Assembly: GCA_965218785.1 (NCBI GenBank)
Contig: OZ244650.1
Location: forward strand, 224,001 to 288,000
Length of the DNA stretch: 64,000 nt
Reading direction: 5' to 3'
DNA from: Nitrosopumilus sp.
GTDB taxonomy: Archaea; Thermoproteota; Nitrososphaeria; Nitrososphaerales; Nitrosopumilaceae
A program made the translations under genes and the position numbers. The notes under the pieces were generated by a model that made no database searches, was not told the origin of the DNA, and saw only the letters and a program-made list of their open reading frames with translations. This document shows positions 1 to 9,689 of the stretch, in pieces (the first letter of the stretch is position 1; each line of letters begins with the position of its first letter).

Positions 1-765
1 ATAAATTCTTAAAGATCCTCCATGAGTTGGAATTTCTTCTACATCAAAGATTATTAGATTATGAAACTCAAATATCTTTTTTACAGTATTGAATGATAAA
101 TATGAAAAATGTTCGTGGTAAATTGTATCAAATTGATTATATTTTATTAATTGAAGTAAATGTGGAAATTCCATATTTATTATTCCGTCCCTTTTCAACA
201 AAATAGAAATTCCTTTTACAAAGTCATTAATATCTGGAACATGAGCCAACACATTATTTCCGATTATTAGATCAGCTTTTATTCCTTCGTTAGAAAGTTT
301 TGCTGCTAATTCTTTGTCAAAAAAATCCACTATTGTTTTAATTCCTCTGTCTTTTGCTACTTTGGCAACATTTACTGCAGGTTCTATTCCTATAACTGAA
401 ATCCCCTTATTTTTGAAAAATTGTAATAAATATCCGTCATTACTTGCTAATTCAACCACAAGATTGTCTTTTCCTAGATTATTTTTTTTCGAAATCATAT
501 TTGCATAATTTTCTGCATGTTTTAACCAGCTTTTTGAATAAGATGAAAAATATACATATTCTTTGAAAATGTTTTGAGGTGTCTCATATTCAGGTAATTG
601 TACTAAAAAGCAATTTTCACAAACAAATACTTTGAGGGGAAATTTTTTTTCTAATTCTTTTAAATTCTCATGTTTTAAAAATGAATTTGATAATGGCGAT
701 ATCCCAAGATCTGCAAACACTTTATCTATTTCACAATTACAAAATCTACATTGATAATTTTCCAT
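1..765 (-). CDS. NDP-sugar C-methyltransferase (class I SAM-dependent, N-terminal Zn-binding); 3' end outside window
   Basis: Manual translation from ATG at 765: MENYQCRFCNC...DLGISPLSNSF...CENCFLVQL...ELASNDGYLL...GNNVLAHVPD...FDTIYHEHFSY...THGGSLR. Not in the ORF track because it is truncated. Confidence 0.9.
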   Translation of the reverse strand, partial: MENYQCRFCNCEIDKVFADLGISPLSNSFLKHENLKELEKKFPLKVFVCENCFLVQLPEYETPQNIFKEYVYFSSYSKSWLKHAENYANMISKKNNLGKDNLVVELASNDGYLLQFFKNKGISVIGIEPAVNVAKVAKDRGIKTIVDFFDKELAAKLSNEGIKADLIIGNNVLAHVPDINDFVKGISILLKRDGIINMEFPHLLQLIKYNQFDTIYHEHFSYLSFNTVKKIFEFHNLIIFDVEEIPTHGGSLRIY

Positions 766-768
766 TTT

Positions 769-1839
769 TTACACTGCCATAAATTCATCAATTTGTTTCT
801 CAGAGAATTCCCTCATACTGCCACCACCTTTCATAAACTCATTATACCAATCTAGTGTCCATTGCAAAGTCTTTTCTATGTTCATTTTAGATCCCCACCC
901 TAACTCATTACTAGCTTTAGAACAGTCCAAACTGAGATATTTCTCTTCATGTGGTTGTGATGACGTATCTATCTCAAAATTTATTTCACCATCTATATTT
1001 TTTTTAATATATTCAATAATCAATTTGACTGGTTTTTCCTCATCTATTGTGGGACCAAAATTCCATCCTTCAGATTTTTTTTGACCATCAATCCACATTT
1101 TTTCAGCCAGAATAATGTATCCGAACAATAAATCTAGAACAAATTGCCACGGTCTTGTTGATTCTGGATTTCTAATCTTTATGGACATTTTATTTTGGAA
1201 ACCTCTGATGATATCTGGCAATAGCCTGTCTGCTCCCCAGTCTCCGCCACCTAATACATTTCCGGCCCTTACTGAAGCAATTGCAACTTTGTGCTCAGAA
1301 TATTTCAAAGGATTAAAAAATGAATTTCTGTAAGATGCTGTAACTAGTTCGGCGCATGCCTTACTACTACTGTATGGATCATTGCCTCCCATTGCATCTT
1401 CTTCTGAATATCTACTGTAATCTTTTTTTGGCCTGTATGATTTATCACTAGTAACAATAATGGCCACTTTGACATTTTCTGAGTTTCTTACTGCATCAAG
1501 TACATTTGCCGTTCCAATTACATTTGTTGAAAAAGTCTCTAATGGATTTTTGTAAGATTCCCTGACAATTGCCTGGGCTGCCATGTGGATAACAATATCC
1601 GGCTTGTTTTCCTCAAAAACCTGCCTGATATGTTTTGCATCATTGATATTGCCAATTATGCTTTTCATCCCCTCTCCCACATTTGCAATTTCATACATGC
1701 TAGGCTTTGTAGGAATATCTTTTGAAAAACCTATTACATTAGCTCCGAATTTTTTTAAAACTATTGATAACCAGCTACCCTTAAAACCCGTATGTCCTGT
1801 AATCAGGACGGTCTTTTTTTTCCAAAAATTTTGATTCAT
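769..1839 (-). CDS. rfbG: CDP-glucose 4,6-dehydratase
   Basis: ITGHTGFKGSWL, HMAAQ, DPYSSSK, RAGNVLGGGDW, TRPWQ motifs. Start set at MNQNFW, which overlaps the rfbF stop (TAATG). Confidence 0.93.
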   Translation of the reverse strand: MNQNFWKKKTVLITGHTGFKGSWLSIVLKKFGANVIGFSKDIPTKPSMYEIANVGEGMKSIIGNINDAKHIRQVFEENKPDIVIHMAAQAIVRESYKNPLETFSTNVIGTANVLDAVRNSENVKVAIIVTSDKSYRPKKDYSRYSEEDAMGGNDPYSSSKACAELVTASYRNSFFNPLKYSEHKVAIASVRAGNVLGGGDWGADRLLPDIIRGFQNKMSIKIRNPESTRPWQFVLDLLFGYIILAEKMWIDGQKKSEGWNFGPTIDEEKPVKLIIEYIKKNIDGEINFEIDTSSQPHEEKYLSLDCSKASNELGWGSKMNIEKTLQWTLDWYNEFMKGGGSMREFSEKQIDEFMAV

Positions 1840-2606
1840 TACCAGTTTTTCCAATGTGCCTTATCCGAATTCCATAATCCTTCTAGATAATTTTTATCGC
1901 GTAATGTATCAAGTGGTTGCCAGAAACCGGTATGCTTGAATGCTGTTAATTGATTCTCTCGAACTAATCTTTCTAGAGGTTCTCTTTCCCAAATTGTTGT
2001 ATCATCTTTCAAATAATCAAATATTGATGGTTCCAAAACAAAATAGCCACCATTAATCCAATTCCCATCCCCCGCAGGTTTTTCTTGAAAATTTGTAATT
2101 TTATTACCAGATATATCCAAAGTTCCAAATCTTCCGGGTGGCTGTACTGTTGTCATTGTAGCCTTTGTTTTTTTATTTTTATGAAAATCTATCAATTCTG
2201 AAATATTGACATCACTTAATCCATCACCGTATGTGAAACAGAACGTATCCTCTTGAACATATTCTTTAATTTTTTTTAAGCGACCTCCGGTCATGGTATC
2301 CAATCCTGTATCTACTAATGTCACAGTCCACGGTTCTACAAATTTATGATGTATTTCCATATTGTTTTTTTTCATGTCAAAAGTTACATCCGACATGTGA
2401 AGAAAATAATTTGCAAAATATTCTTTTACCATATATCCCTTATAGCCACAACAAATCACAAAATCATTAATCCCATATGATGAATATTCTTTCATGATGT
2501 GCCAAAGTATTGGTTTCCCACCAATCGCAATCATGGGTTTTGGCTTGAGATCGGTTTCTTCACTAATTCGCGTTCCATAGCCTCCAGCTAAAATCACCAC
2601 TTTCAT
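1839..2606 (-). CDS. rfbF: glucose-1-phosphate cytidylyltransferase
   Basis: ILAGGYGTRISEET..PKPM, VDTG..TMTGGRL, TYGDG, WINGGYFV, GFWQPLDTLRDK. Confidence 0.95.
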   Translation of the reverse strand: MKVVILAGGYGTRISEETDLKPKPMIAIGGKPILWHIMKEYSSYGINDFVICCGYKGYMVKEYFANYFLHMSDVTFDMKKNNMEIHHKFVEPWTVTLVDTGLDTMTGGRLKKIKEYVQEDTFCFTYGDGLSDVNISELIDFHKNKKTKATMTTVQPPGRFGTLDISGNKITNFQEKPAGDGNWINGGYFVLEPSIFDYLKDDTTIWEREPLERLVRENQLTAFKHTGFWQPLDTLRDKNYLEGLWNSDKAHWKNW

Positions 2607-2659
2607 AATATTTGAAATGAGTTCTGTTTTATTATATTTTTGATATCTTGGTCTTTTTT

Positions 2660-2960
2660 GGTCTTTTGGGGTGAAATCATGCCTGTTTTACGGTATGTTC
2701 TCTGAATCTGCTTGCAGTTTATGGGCACATCAAGCTACCGTGAAACACTTGCGGCCATTGCGTCTGGTGTCTATGCTGGTCTTCAAACCAGTTTCCTGAC
2801 AGTTTTTGTGATGGTAGGATCTATCTGAATAACTCTCGGTCTTGGTTTGTGGTATAATTTGTTGCAAGATAATCCGACATAGGACACCGGCTTTCCCTCC
2901 CTCCACTGACAGATGTCTGGGGATGTATGTTGTGTTTGCGGCAGTTCTGCCACCCATTTT
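2660..2960 (-). pseudogene. degenerate IS3-family transposase (OrfB N-terminal region) remnant
   Basis: The minus frame reads YHKPRPRVIQIDPTITKTVRKLV*RPA*..(TRR)MAASVSR*LDVPINCKQIQRTYRK. This resembles the IS3 OrfB pattern RPxYGxRRMAA...VNRKxIQRIYR, with stops and frameshifts. Confidence 0.6.
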
Positions 2961-3034
2961 TTGATAAAATTTACTAAATCATTGATAAGGATCTATTTTT
3001 GATGAATCCCATATGGATATCTAATCTGGCATAG

Positions 3035-4054
3035 TCAAAAATCATCTAGTTTTTCTTTTATGAATTCTATTGATTTAACTGGTGTTGGATCGATATTTCC
3101 CAAAACAGCTTTATAGATTGATACATAATCAAACAGGTAAATTAGCGTAGTAATCTTGGATAGAATGCCGCCATCAATTGAAAATATTTCCTTGTACTCG
3201 ATTCCGTTTTTTTCAAAATATTCTTTTAGTATGTTCCATCTCTCCTTTGTTTTAAGATGATCATCTTTACCCTGTAATAAAATGGGCTGTAATTTGGAGG
3301 GATTTTCCCATGCAACTATTCCGTTATGGGACGTTTCAATAATATCTTCTGTGATTACATGGTTTTTTGCATTTTCCTGTAAAGAATTTTTAAACCTAAT
3401 TGCCACCGAGTTTAATCCCCATGGATAATAGATAACGGGAATTTCCGTTATCCATTCTGCCAGTTTAATGGCACTATTGGTATTTGTCAGATTTGACGAA
3501 GAAATATTCTCCCTCAACTCTCTCATTTTTTTAATTGATTCAATTACTTCTTTATTTGTTATTGGCAATATTAAATCAAGAATTTTCAAGATTGAATAGA
3601 AAAATTTGACAAACGATGAACGTGGAGAATGTATCTGTGAAATTTTTCTAAAATCTATTTCATTTGTTTTACAAAACTCCTCCATTTTTCCACCAGAAGA
3701 AACAGCCATAATTTTACAGCCCCTCTCTTTTGCAGAATATAGTATGGAAAGGGTTTCTTCCGTGTTTCCTGAAATACTTGTAGTTATTACCAGCGATCTA
3801 GAATCTGCGGTATTTGGAAGTAGATATCCCTTTACAACAGAAACATGAATCTTCGTCTGTGATAGGATGCTGGCAAATGTATCTCCTATGGCACCAGAAC
3901 CTCCCATTCCGGCAAAAACTATGTGATCTATATTTTCTAATTGGATTTTTTTAAGATTTGATGAATATGCCTCCTCGGCAATCTCTGGCCATTTATCATA
4001 AATTTCATACATACGAGAAACATCCCATTTCTCCAAGTCGGTACTACCAATCAT
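3035..4054 (-). CDS. bifunctional phosphoglucose/phosphomannose isomerase (SIS domain)
   Basis: GMGGSGAIGD, SISGNTEETL, SSGGK, RFKNSLQENAK, HNGIVAW, DPTPV motifs. Confidence 0.88.
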   Translation of the reverse strand: MIGSTDLEKWDVSRMYEIYDKWPEIAEEAYSSNLKKIQLENIDHIVFAGMGGSGAIGDTFASILSQTKIHVSVVKGYLLPNTADSRSLVITTSISGNTEETLSILYSAKERGCKIMAVSSGGKMEEFCKTNEIDFRKISQIHSPRSSFVKFFYSILKILDLILPITNKEVIESIKKMRELRENISSSNLTNTNSAIKLAEWITEIPVIYYPWGLNSVAIRFKNSLQENAKNHVITEDIIETSHNGIVAWENPSKLQPILLQGKDDHLKTKERWNILKEYFEKNGIEYKEIFSIDGGILSKITTLIYLFDYVSIYKAVLGNIDPTPVKSIEFIKEKLDDF

Positions 4055-4143
4055 GGTATTACTAGATTTTTAATGAGATTATAATGTTTCACAGATGCCG
4101 GGTTTAGTTATTTTAAATATGGAAATAAAAATTATAATTTTAA

Positions 4144-5205
4144 ATGAAAAGTGATATTCCACCTAATTCCTCATTGAGAACTGTAGAATGGAAAAACAAC
4201 AAAGTAATCATGATTGATCAGACAAAATTACCAAATGAACTTGTTTTTGTAGAATATGATGATTTTAACAAAGTTGCAGATGCGATTAGTACCTTGGTTG
4301 TAAGGGGTGCGCCTGCAATTGGAGTTTCAGGGGCGTTTGGGCTTGGTTTGGCGGTTTTACAAAGTGATGCGGCAACACGGGATGAGTTACTCTCTGATTT
4401 GGAAAAAGCAAAAAAAATCCTTTTTGCGACCAGGCCGACTGCAGTCAACCTGGGCTGGGGATTGGAAAAAATTATGGGTGTTGCCAAGACCGGTGATTCA
4501 GTCAAACAAATTAAAGAATTGGTAATTTCCACTGCTAAAAAAATGGCAGATGAAGATATTGAAATTAACAAGACAATGGGCAAGAACGGATCCGTCCTGT
4601 TTGATGATAATGACACCGTAATGACCCACTGTAATGCCGGTGCACTAGCTACCGTGGCATATGGAACCGCATTGGGTGTAATTAGGGCAACTAGAGAGAG
4701 TGGAAAGAACATCAAGGTAATAGCCACTGAGACCAGACCGATACAGCAGGGTTCCAGGCTTACGGCATTTGAGTTAAAACACGATGGATTTGATGTAAGT
4801 TTGATTCCTGATACTGCAGTAGGGTATAGTATGGCAAACGGGCTGGTAAACAAGGTCATAGTTGGAGCAGACAGGATTGTAAGGACGGGCCATGTCTTTA
4901 ATAAAATTGGAACCTACCAGGTGGCAACAATGGCAAAACAACACGGAATTCCGTTTTATGTTGCAGCACCGTTATCTACAATTGACTTGGAAACCAAGGC
5001 CCCAGATGTGGTAATTGAGATGCGAAAAGGCTCCGAAGTTACAGGAATTGGTGAGAAAAAGACCGCCCCTGATGATATCCGAGTAATCAATCCTGCCTTT
5101 GATATGACCCCGCCTGAATTAATTTCTGGTATAATTACTGAAAAAGGCGTGGCTACGGCCCCGTATGAGGTATCAATTCCAAAATTATTTGAAGCTAATA
5201 ATTAG
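4144..5205 (+). CDS. mtnA: S-methyl-5-thioribose-1-phosphate isomerase (eIF2B-like family)
   Basis: IDQTKLP, VRGAPAIG, TRPTAVNL, THCNAGALAT, ETRP..QG.RLT, VGADRI, NKIGTY, NPAFDMTP. Confidence 0.9.
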   Translation: MKSDIPPNSSLRTVEWKNNKVIMIDQTKLPNELVFVEYDDFNKVADAISTLVVRGAPAIGVSGAFGLGLAVLQSDAATRDELLSDLEKAKKILFATRPTAVNLGWGLEKIMGVAKTGDSVKQIKELVISTAKKMADEDIEINKTMGKNGSVLFDDNDTVMTHCNAGALATVAYGTALGVIRATRESGKNIKVIATETRPIQQGSRLTAFELKHDGFDVSLIPDTAVGYSMANGLVNKVIVGADRIVRTGHVFNKIGTYQVATMAKQHGIPFYVAAPLSTIDLETKAPDVVIEMRKGSEVTGIGEKKTAPDDIRVINPAFDMTPPELISGIITEKGVATAPYEVSIPKLFEANN

Positions 5206-5240
5206 AAAGTTTTTATTGTTTTTCAAACTGCCATTAACAG

Positions 5241-5879
5241 ATGAGTGCTATTTCCGTACAGGCAATCGAGGATTCCTTGAAATTATGCATGGATCCTGAG
5301 GTTCCCCTCAATATCGTGGAAATGGGATTAATCTATGGAATTGACGTGACAGAAAACAATGATGTCAATATCAAAATGACAATGACCACCCAGGGGTGCC
5401 CGTTGCATGAAACACTGGTTTCTGATGCCACCAGATTTGTCAAAAAGGTGCCCGGGGTAAATAACGTCAATGTGGATATTGTATGGGATCCCCCATGGTC
5501 AATGGATAAAATGTCCGAGGAGGCAAAAGTCAAGATCAAAAACATGGGTGCCGGATTGAATACGCCTGCGCCAATAAACTATGAGACTGCACTTCCGCAA
5601 GGAGTTGGAAAACTGGTACGGCAGGAGGACGGTTCGTTGGTACTGGCAAATGATCATGAACAGGGATTCATGGTAAATCAGGCAATTGTAGATTTCTGGA
5701 AGTCGTGTAACGGTCAGCGCAAAGTAACTGAACTAGTGGAGGTGTTTGCACAGCAAACAGGACTGCAAAGAAACCAGGTTGAAAAGGAAGTTATGCAGCT
5801 ATTGCAGCAACTGCGTGAGGGCGGATTGATTGCAATTGCAGGCCAGCCTGACATTCCAAACGTTGAATTTAAAAAATAA
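5241..5879 (+). CDS. DUF59/SufT-like FeS-assembly domain fused to a PqqD-like domain
   Basis: DPEVPLNIVEMGLIY...MTMTTQGCP...WDPPWS N-terminal domain; C-terminal FMVNQAIVDFWKSCNGQRKVTELV...QLLQQLREGGLI is PqqD-like. Confidence 0.8.
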   Translation: MSAISVQAIEDSLKLCMDPEVPLNIVEMGLIYGIDVTENNDVNIKMTMTTQGCPLHETLVSDATRFVKKVPGVNNVNVDIVWDPPWSMDKMSEEAKVKIKNMGAGLNTPAPINYETALPQGVGKLVRQEDGSLVLANDHEQGFMVNQAIVDFWKSCNGQRKVTELVEVFAQQTGLQRNQVEKEVMQLLQQLREGGLIAIAGQPDIPNVEFKK

Positions 5880-5881
5880 TC

Positions 5882-6529
5882 CTAAAAGATATGGTTTGAA
5901 TTTGCACCATCAAAGTTTATTGTAACACCTGATAGATACTTTATCTTGTTCTCAATTATGGATTTTACAAAGCTTCCAATCTCGCGTGGTTCCCCCAATC
6001 TTTTCATGGGCAGGGATTTTTCAAATTCTTTTACATCTTTTATTAGTTCCTGGGTCCTGTCCGTGTTGATGGGTCCTGGTGCGATGTTTATACAACTGAT
6101 GTTTTTTCCTGCATACTCTTTGCTTAAAATTTTAAAGACCTCGCTGAATGCGGCACGATACGCAGAGGATATTATCAATTTTGCATTTGGTTCCTTGATG
6201 ACATTTGAGCTTATCAAAAAAATGTATCCGCCGTCATTGATTTTGATATTTTGTAGTATGGTGCAAAATCCCAGAAATAATTGATTGTGATACAGATTCC
6301 AATCATCCTCAGTTATGGTGGCAAACGGCTTTGGGGCAGGACCTCCCGTGTTTAGAATCAGAATGTCTGTCTGTGTATTTTTTTTCAGGAACTCTTTTAC
6401 ACTCTTCAAATTTGAAGTGTCAATATCATTTTTGGATGCCGCAAAAACATCAATATCTATTGATTTTAGCGAGTCAGAAATTGCCTTTCCAATTCCACGT
6501 GAGCCGCCAAGAACAATCGCTCTAGTCAT
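5882..6529 (-). CDS. short-chain dehydrogenase/reductase
   Basis: LGGSRGIG, NTGGP, IAPGPINTDR, LPMKRLG.P.EIG, YLSG..I.FDG. Confidence 0.88.
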   Translation of the reverse strand: MTRAIVLGGSRGIGKAISDSLKSIDIDVFAASKNDIDTSNLKSVKEFLKKNTQTDILILNTGGPAPKPFATITEDDWNLYHNQLFLGFCTILQNIKINDGGYIFLISSNVIKEPNAKLIISSAYRAAFSEVFKILSKEYAGKNISCINIAPGPINTDRTQELIKDVKEFEKSLPMKRLGEPREIGSFVKSIIENKIKYLSGVTINFDGANSNHIF

Positions 6530-6679
6530 GTTGTCTTGAATAAACTTGATAATTAAATTTCTTTGGTAGAGAGATATCTAATTAAATCAAGTAATATCTT
6601 GGAATCATTTGAATCCTTCAAAAAGGAAGGAATTGCAGGTAAATTTACTGCAAATGTGAATAATCAATTTTTTGGAGAA

Positions 6680-6757
6680 TTAGTCTCTTCCGCCGCCAGA
6701 TGGCTTGCCTGGATTTTTACTAGGTTTTCCACCGGGGCCTTTTTTCATTTGTACCAT
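6680..6757 (-). CDS. putative 25-aa Gly/Pro/Lys-rich micropeptide (MVQMKKGPGGKPSKNPGKPSGGGRD)
   Basis: Manual translation of a GC-rich patch in an AT-rich intergenic region; below the ORF-track cutoff. Confidence 0.35.
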   Translation of the reverse strand: MVQMKKGPGGKPSKNPGKPSGGGRD

Positions 6758-6958
6758 ACAATCTAGAAACAACTAAAAAATATTAATCTTTTGTAATATT
6801 GGAAATTTTGCCTATTATCATCTGCTCTGTTTATGACAATCTGTAGGTTTGATGCCTGATATCAAATATAACATCTTGCTTTTCTAGTTGCAGGCAAGGG
6901 GGAATTAGCACCTTTCATTTTGAGATCAAAATAAATACCCAAATCAAGTAATTATAAT

Positions 6959-7918
6959 GTGGTAGAATTTTTAAACGAATTAAATGACATGGATGCCGTT
7001 TCCCTTGATTTGGTAATAGTGCAAAAATCATTTCCAGCAAAAACCAAGGGTGAAAACTTGATGGTGGTTTTCGATGTAGCAGACAAAACAAAAACCCTCA
7101 AGGCCAGATATTTTGGAACGGCAAATGAATGTACCAAATTTTATAACAGACTTGAGCAAGGCAAGGTTTACCGTATTGTCGGTAAATATAGTGATACATA
7201 TCACAGCATTACTATTAATGTAAATGAGCTGATGTTTGTTACTGATCCTGATTGGAATAAACTAAAACGGGAGATTTCCCCAAATGATGAACAAATTCAA
7301 GAATTAAATAGATACGTCGCCACAGTTACAACCCTTGAATTAAAAATCCTTTTAGAAAAATTATTTGCCAGACCGGATTTGATGAACAAACTTGCCGTAT
7401 GGCCCGCTGCATCATCGATGCATCATGCTTATCCCAATGGATTAATAACACACATTTTAGAAATGCTAAAAATAGCTGATAGTTTGCTGTCAATTTACCC
7501 CAAAGCCAACCGTGATTTGCTGTACTGTGGTTGTATCTTACATGACCTGGGTAAAATCATTGAACTTGATGCAGAGTTTGGAACTGTTTACTCTGATAAG
7601 GGAAAGTTATTAACCCATATTCCAATGGGGTTTTTTCTTGTTGGTGAGATACTTGTAAAGGAGACACAGTGCAGTGATGATTTATCAAACCAGATACTCC
7701 ACATGATATTAAGCCACCATGGTACGCCTACTGACAAGATTCCAGGTATTGTCCGGCCCAAAACATTAGAAGCTGTAATGTTGCACCAGATTGATATGCT
7801 CTCATCTCAAGTTGCCCCCATTCATGATGAAGTTGGTAAAAAGTCTGGCTGGGTTAAAATTGGTGGTGGCGAGTATTATATTTCTGATAATACATTGACA
7901 GAAGGATCTGTTGGATAG
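6959..7918 (+). CDS. YhaM/Cbf1-like OB-fold + HD-domain 3'-5' exonuclease
   Basis: N-terminal OB-like region (TKGENLMVVFDVADKT..LKARYF); PAASSMHHAYPNGLITH, ILHDLGK, HMILSHHG, P.TLEA.MLHQID. Confidence 0.85.
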   Translation: MVEFLNELNDMDAVSLDLVIVQKSFPAKTKGENLMVVFDVADKTKTLKARYFGTANECTKFYNRLEQGKVYRIVGKYSDTYHSITINVNELMFVTDPDWNKLKREISPNDEQIQELNRYVATVTTLELKILLEKLFARPDLMNKLAVWPAASSMHHAYPNGLITHILEMLKIADSLLSIYPKANRDLLYCGCILHDLGKIIELDAEFGTVYSDKGKLLTHIPMGFFLVGEILVKETQCSDDLSNQILHMILSHHGTPTDKIPGIVRPKTLEAVMLHQIDMLSSQVAPIHDEVGKKSGWVKIGGGEYYISDNTLTEGSVG

Positions 7919-8038
7919 TTGTTATTTGATATCAAGTCATTGTAATCATTGTGAAGAAAAAACGAAATTCAGATCCTGTAATTCAATTAAAAGATACAAC
8001 TAAAGATGCTTTGATGAGCATATGGTTGTTTGAGATTC

Positions 8039-8518
8039 TTAATTAGAATCTTCTGGTGGGAATAAACACTTATGAATATCCTTATGAATTGGTATCAATA
8101 TTATCAATAATGAATAAAATACAATCTTTGATAACATGTCTGAATTAAGTGTCTCATGCTGATAAATTATTTGAATGAATATGGTTGTAAGATAGCTTAA
8201 GATTAGAAATACAAACTTGTGTTTTATTTGGTGTATGAGTTCTTTTATTCTATTTGGATTACCAATTCTATTTTCTTCCCTTATGCTTACATGAAATACT
8301 TTGAAAATTTGACGTACCAAATTTTCACCACCTATTCCTGTAAAAGTAACTTCAATTTGTAGTGATATATTGTCTTGATTTTTTAGTTTTTTTGGAATCT
8401 TTGGTATATGTGCTTCTAACTCATTATGTCTTTTCATTTCCTTTTTCAATCTACTATGACGTTCTTGTGGAACCACAGCATCGTAAATTACTATATAATG
8501 AGAATCCCTCTTAAACAA
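8039..8518 (-). CDS. hypothetical protein with two C-terminal TM helices
   Basis: 159-aa ORF; hydrophobic segments FVFLILSYLTTIFIQIIY and IVFYSLLIILIPI. Confidence 0.6.
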   Translation of the reverse strand: MFKRDSHYIVIYDAVVPQERHSRLKKEMKRHNELEAHIPKIPKKLKNQDNISLQIEVTFTGIGGENLVRQIFKVFHVSIREENRIGNPNRIKELIHQIKHKFVFLILSYLTTIFIQIIYQHETLNSDMLSKIVFYSLLIILIPIHKDIHKCLFPPEDSN

Positions 8519-8550
8519 TGAACATCAACATACTAGATAGTAATTATATG

Positions 8551-8856
8551 TTAATCTTGAATAAAACCTGAGACTGTTTCCAAATTACCATGAGTGTCAT
8601 TTTTAATTTTTTCAACAATATCTTCTAATACATTCTCATTGTTGATTTTGAATTTCACATACAAATCAATACTGCGTGATCTATCAGAAGGAATTAAAAA
8701 TTGTATATTATTAGCATTAAACTCTTTCAAAGTATATTGTATGATGCTTTGTACAAGCGAACAATTTTTCAAATTATCTACAGCCATTTCATGTTTTCTT
8801 GTTTGCGAATACTTTACAGCTAAAAGTACAGAGAAAGGCCCTTGTAATAAACTCAT
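8551..8856 (-). CDS. hypothetical protein (possible Lrp/AsnC ligand-binding-like ferredoxin fold)
   Basis: 101-aa ORF; DLYVKFKINNENVLEDIVEKI resembles the AsnC C-terminal pattern. Confidence 0.5.
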   Translation of the reverse strand: MSLLQGPFSVLLAVKYSQTRKHEMAVDNLKNCSLVQSIIQYTLKEFNANNIQFLIPSDRSRSIDLYVKFKINNENVLEDIVEKIKNDTHGNLETVSGFIQD

Positions 8857-9453
8857 AATTTTTCTAAAATGTAATTTACCTCTGTATTTACAATTATCTG
8901 ATTGATTCTAATTTTGTAAAATTGTATCATTTTCACCTTTACTCGAGTTTTGATCATAGAAGTTACACGATTTAAAAGTTTAGGTTTTTGTGAAAAATCT
9001 ATTGATTCTACTCTTCCTGTGCGATTCAACATATGTATATTATAATTTACTAAGTAAAAAAGATTCCTTGTATAATGTCAAGAGGAATATTTAACCTCTA
9101 TCTAGGAATCACCAAATGTAATATATGGAAATTATGTCCTCCTAGTCATAGGTATCCATTTCCATCCATTTTGTATTCTTTTCTCTGATCATATCTGTGG
9201 CTTTTTGTCGGCAAATACCTTCAATGGTGTTTGATAATTGTCCGCGTCAAGTGAGAAATGAACTTTCATTCGTTGTAATATTTCACGTATGTCAGGCAAA
9301 GGAGAATACACGACAACTTCTAACACTCGATCTGATTTTTATCTGTCAAAACTTGTAATCTTGTCCCTGAGTTTACAGAATTTTGAGAGAAAATGAAATG
9401 TCTTTAAGAATTTAATGTAAAATTCTTCTACCTGTCAAAGATCGGGATATAAG

Positions 9454-9621
9454 TTATTTTCTACTAAGACGCCTTTCTTTTGTTTGACGGCTTCTACACT
9501 TTCTACACCATGATTGAACCATTTTGTATCCCTGATTATTTCTAATACCAAATCTTTCTACAACTTGATCCTCACCATGTGCCATCTTCCCACATTCAGG
9601 ACATTTAGCTTCATACAACAT
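9454..9621 (-). CDS. 55-aa zinc-ribbon protein (CPEC...WCRKC)
   Basis: Manual translation MLYEAKCPECGKMAHGEDQVVERFGIRNNQGYKMVQSWCRKCRSRQTKERRLSRK*; below the ORF-track cutoff. Confidence 0.75.
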   Translation of the reverse strand: MLYEAKCPECGKMAHGEDQVVERFGIRNNQGYKMVQSWCRKCRSRQTKERRLSRK

Positions 9622-9689
9622 TGTTAAAATATTATTGACTTTATGATATAAAATCCTTTTGCAAAAGGTTTAGATCGCTATTATTTACC

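Noticed and set aside
2730-2957. 75-aa ORF as a real gene
   Set aside because: Better explained as an off-frame reading of the decayed IS3 fragment.
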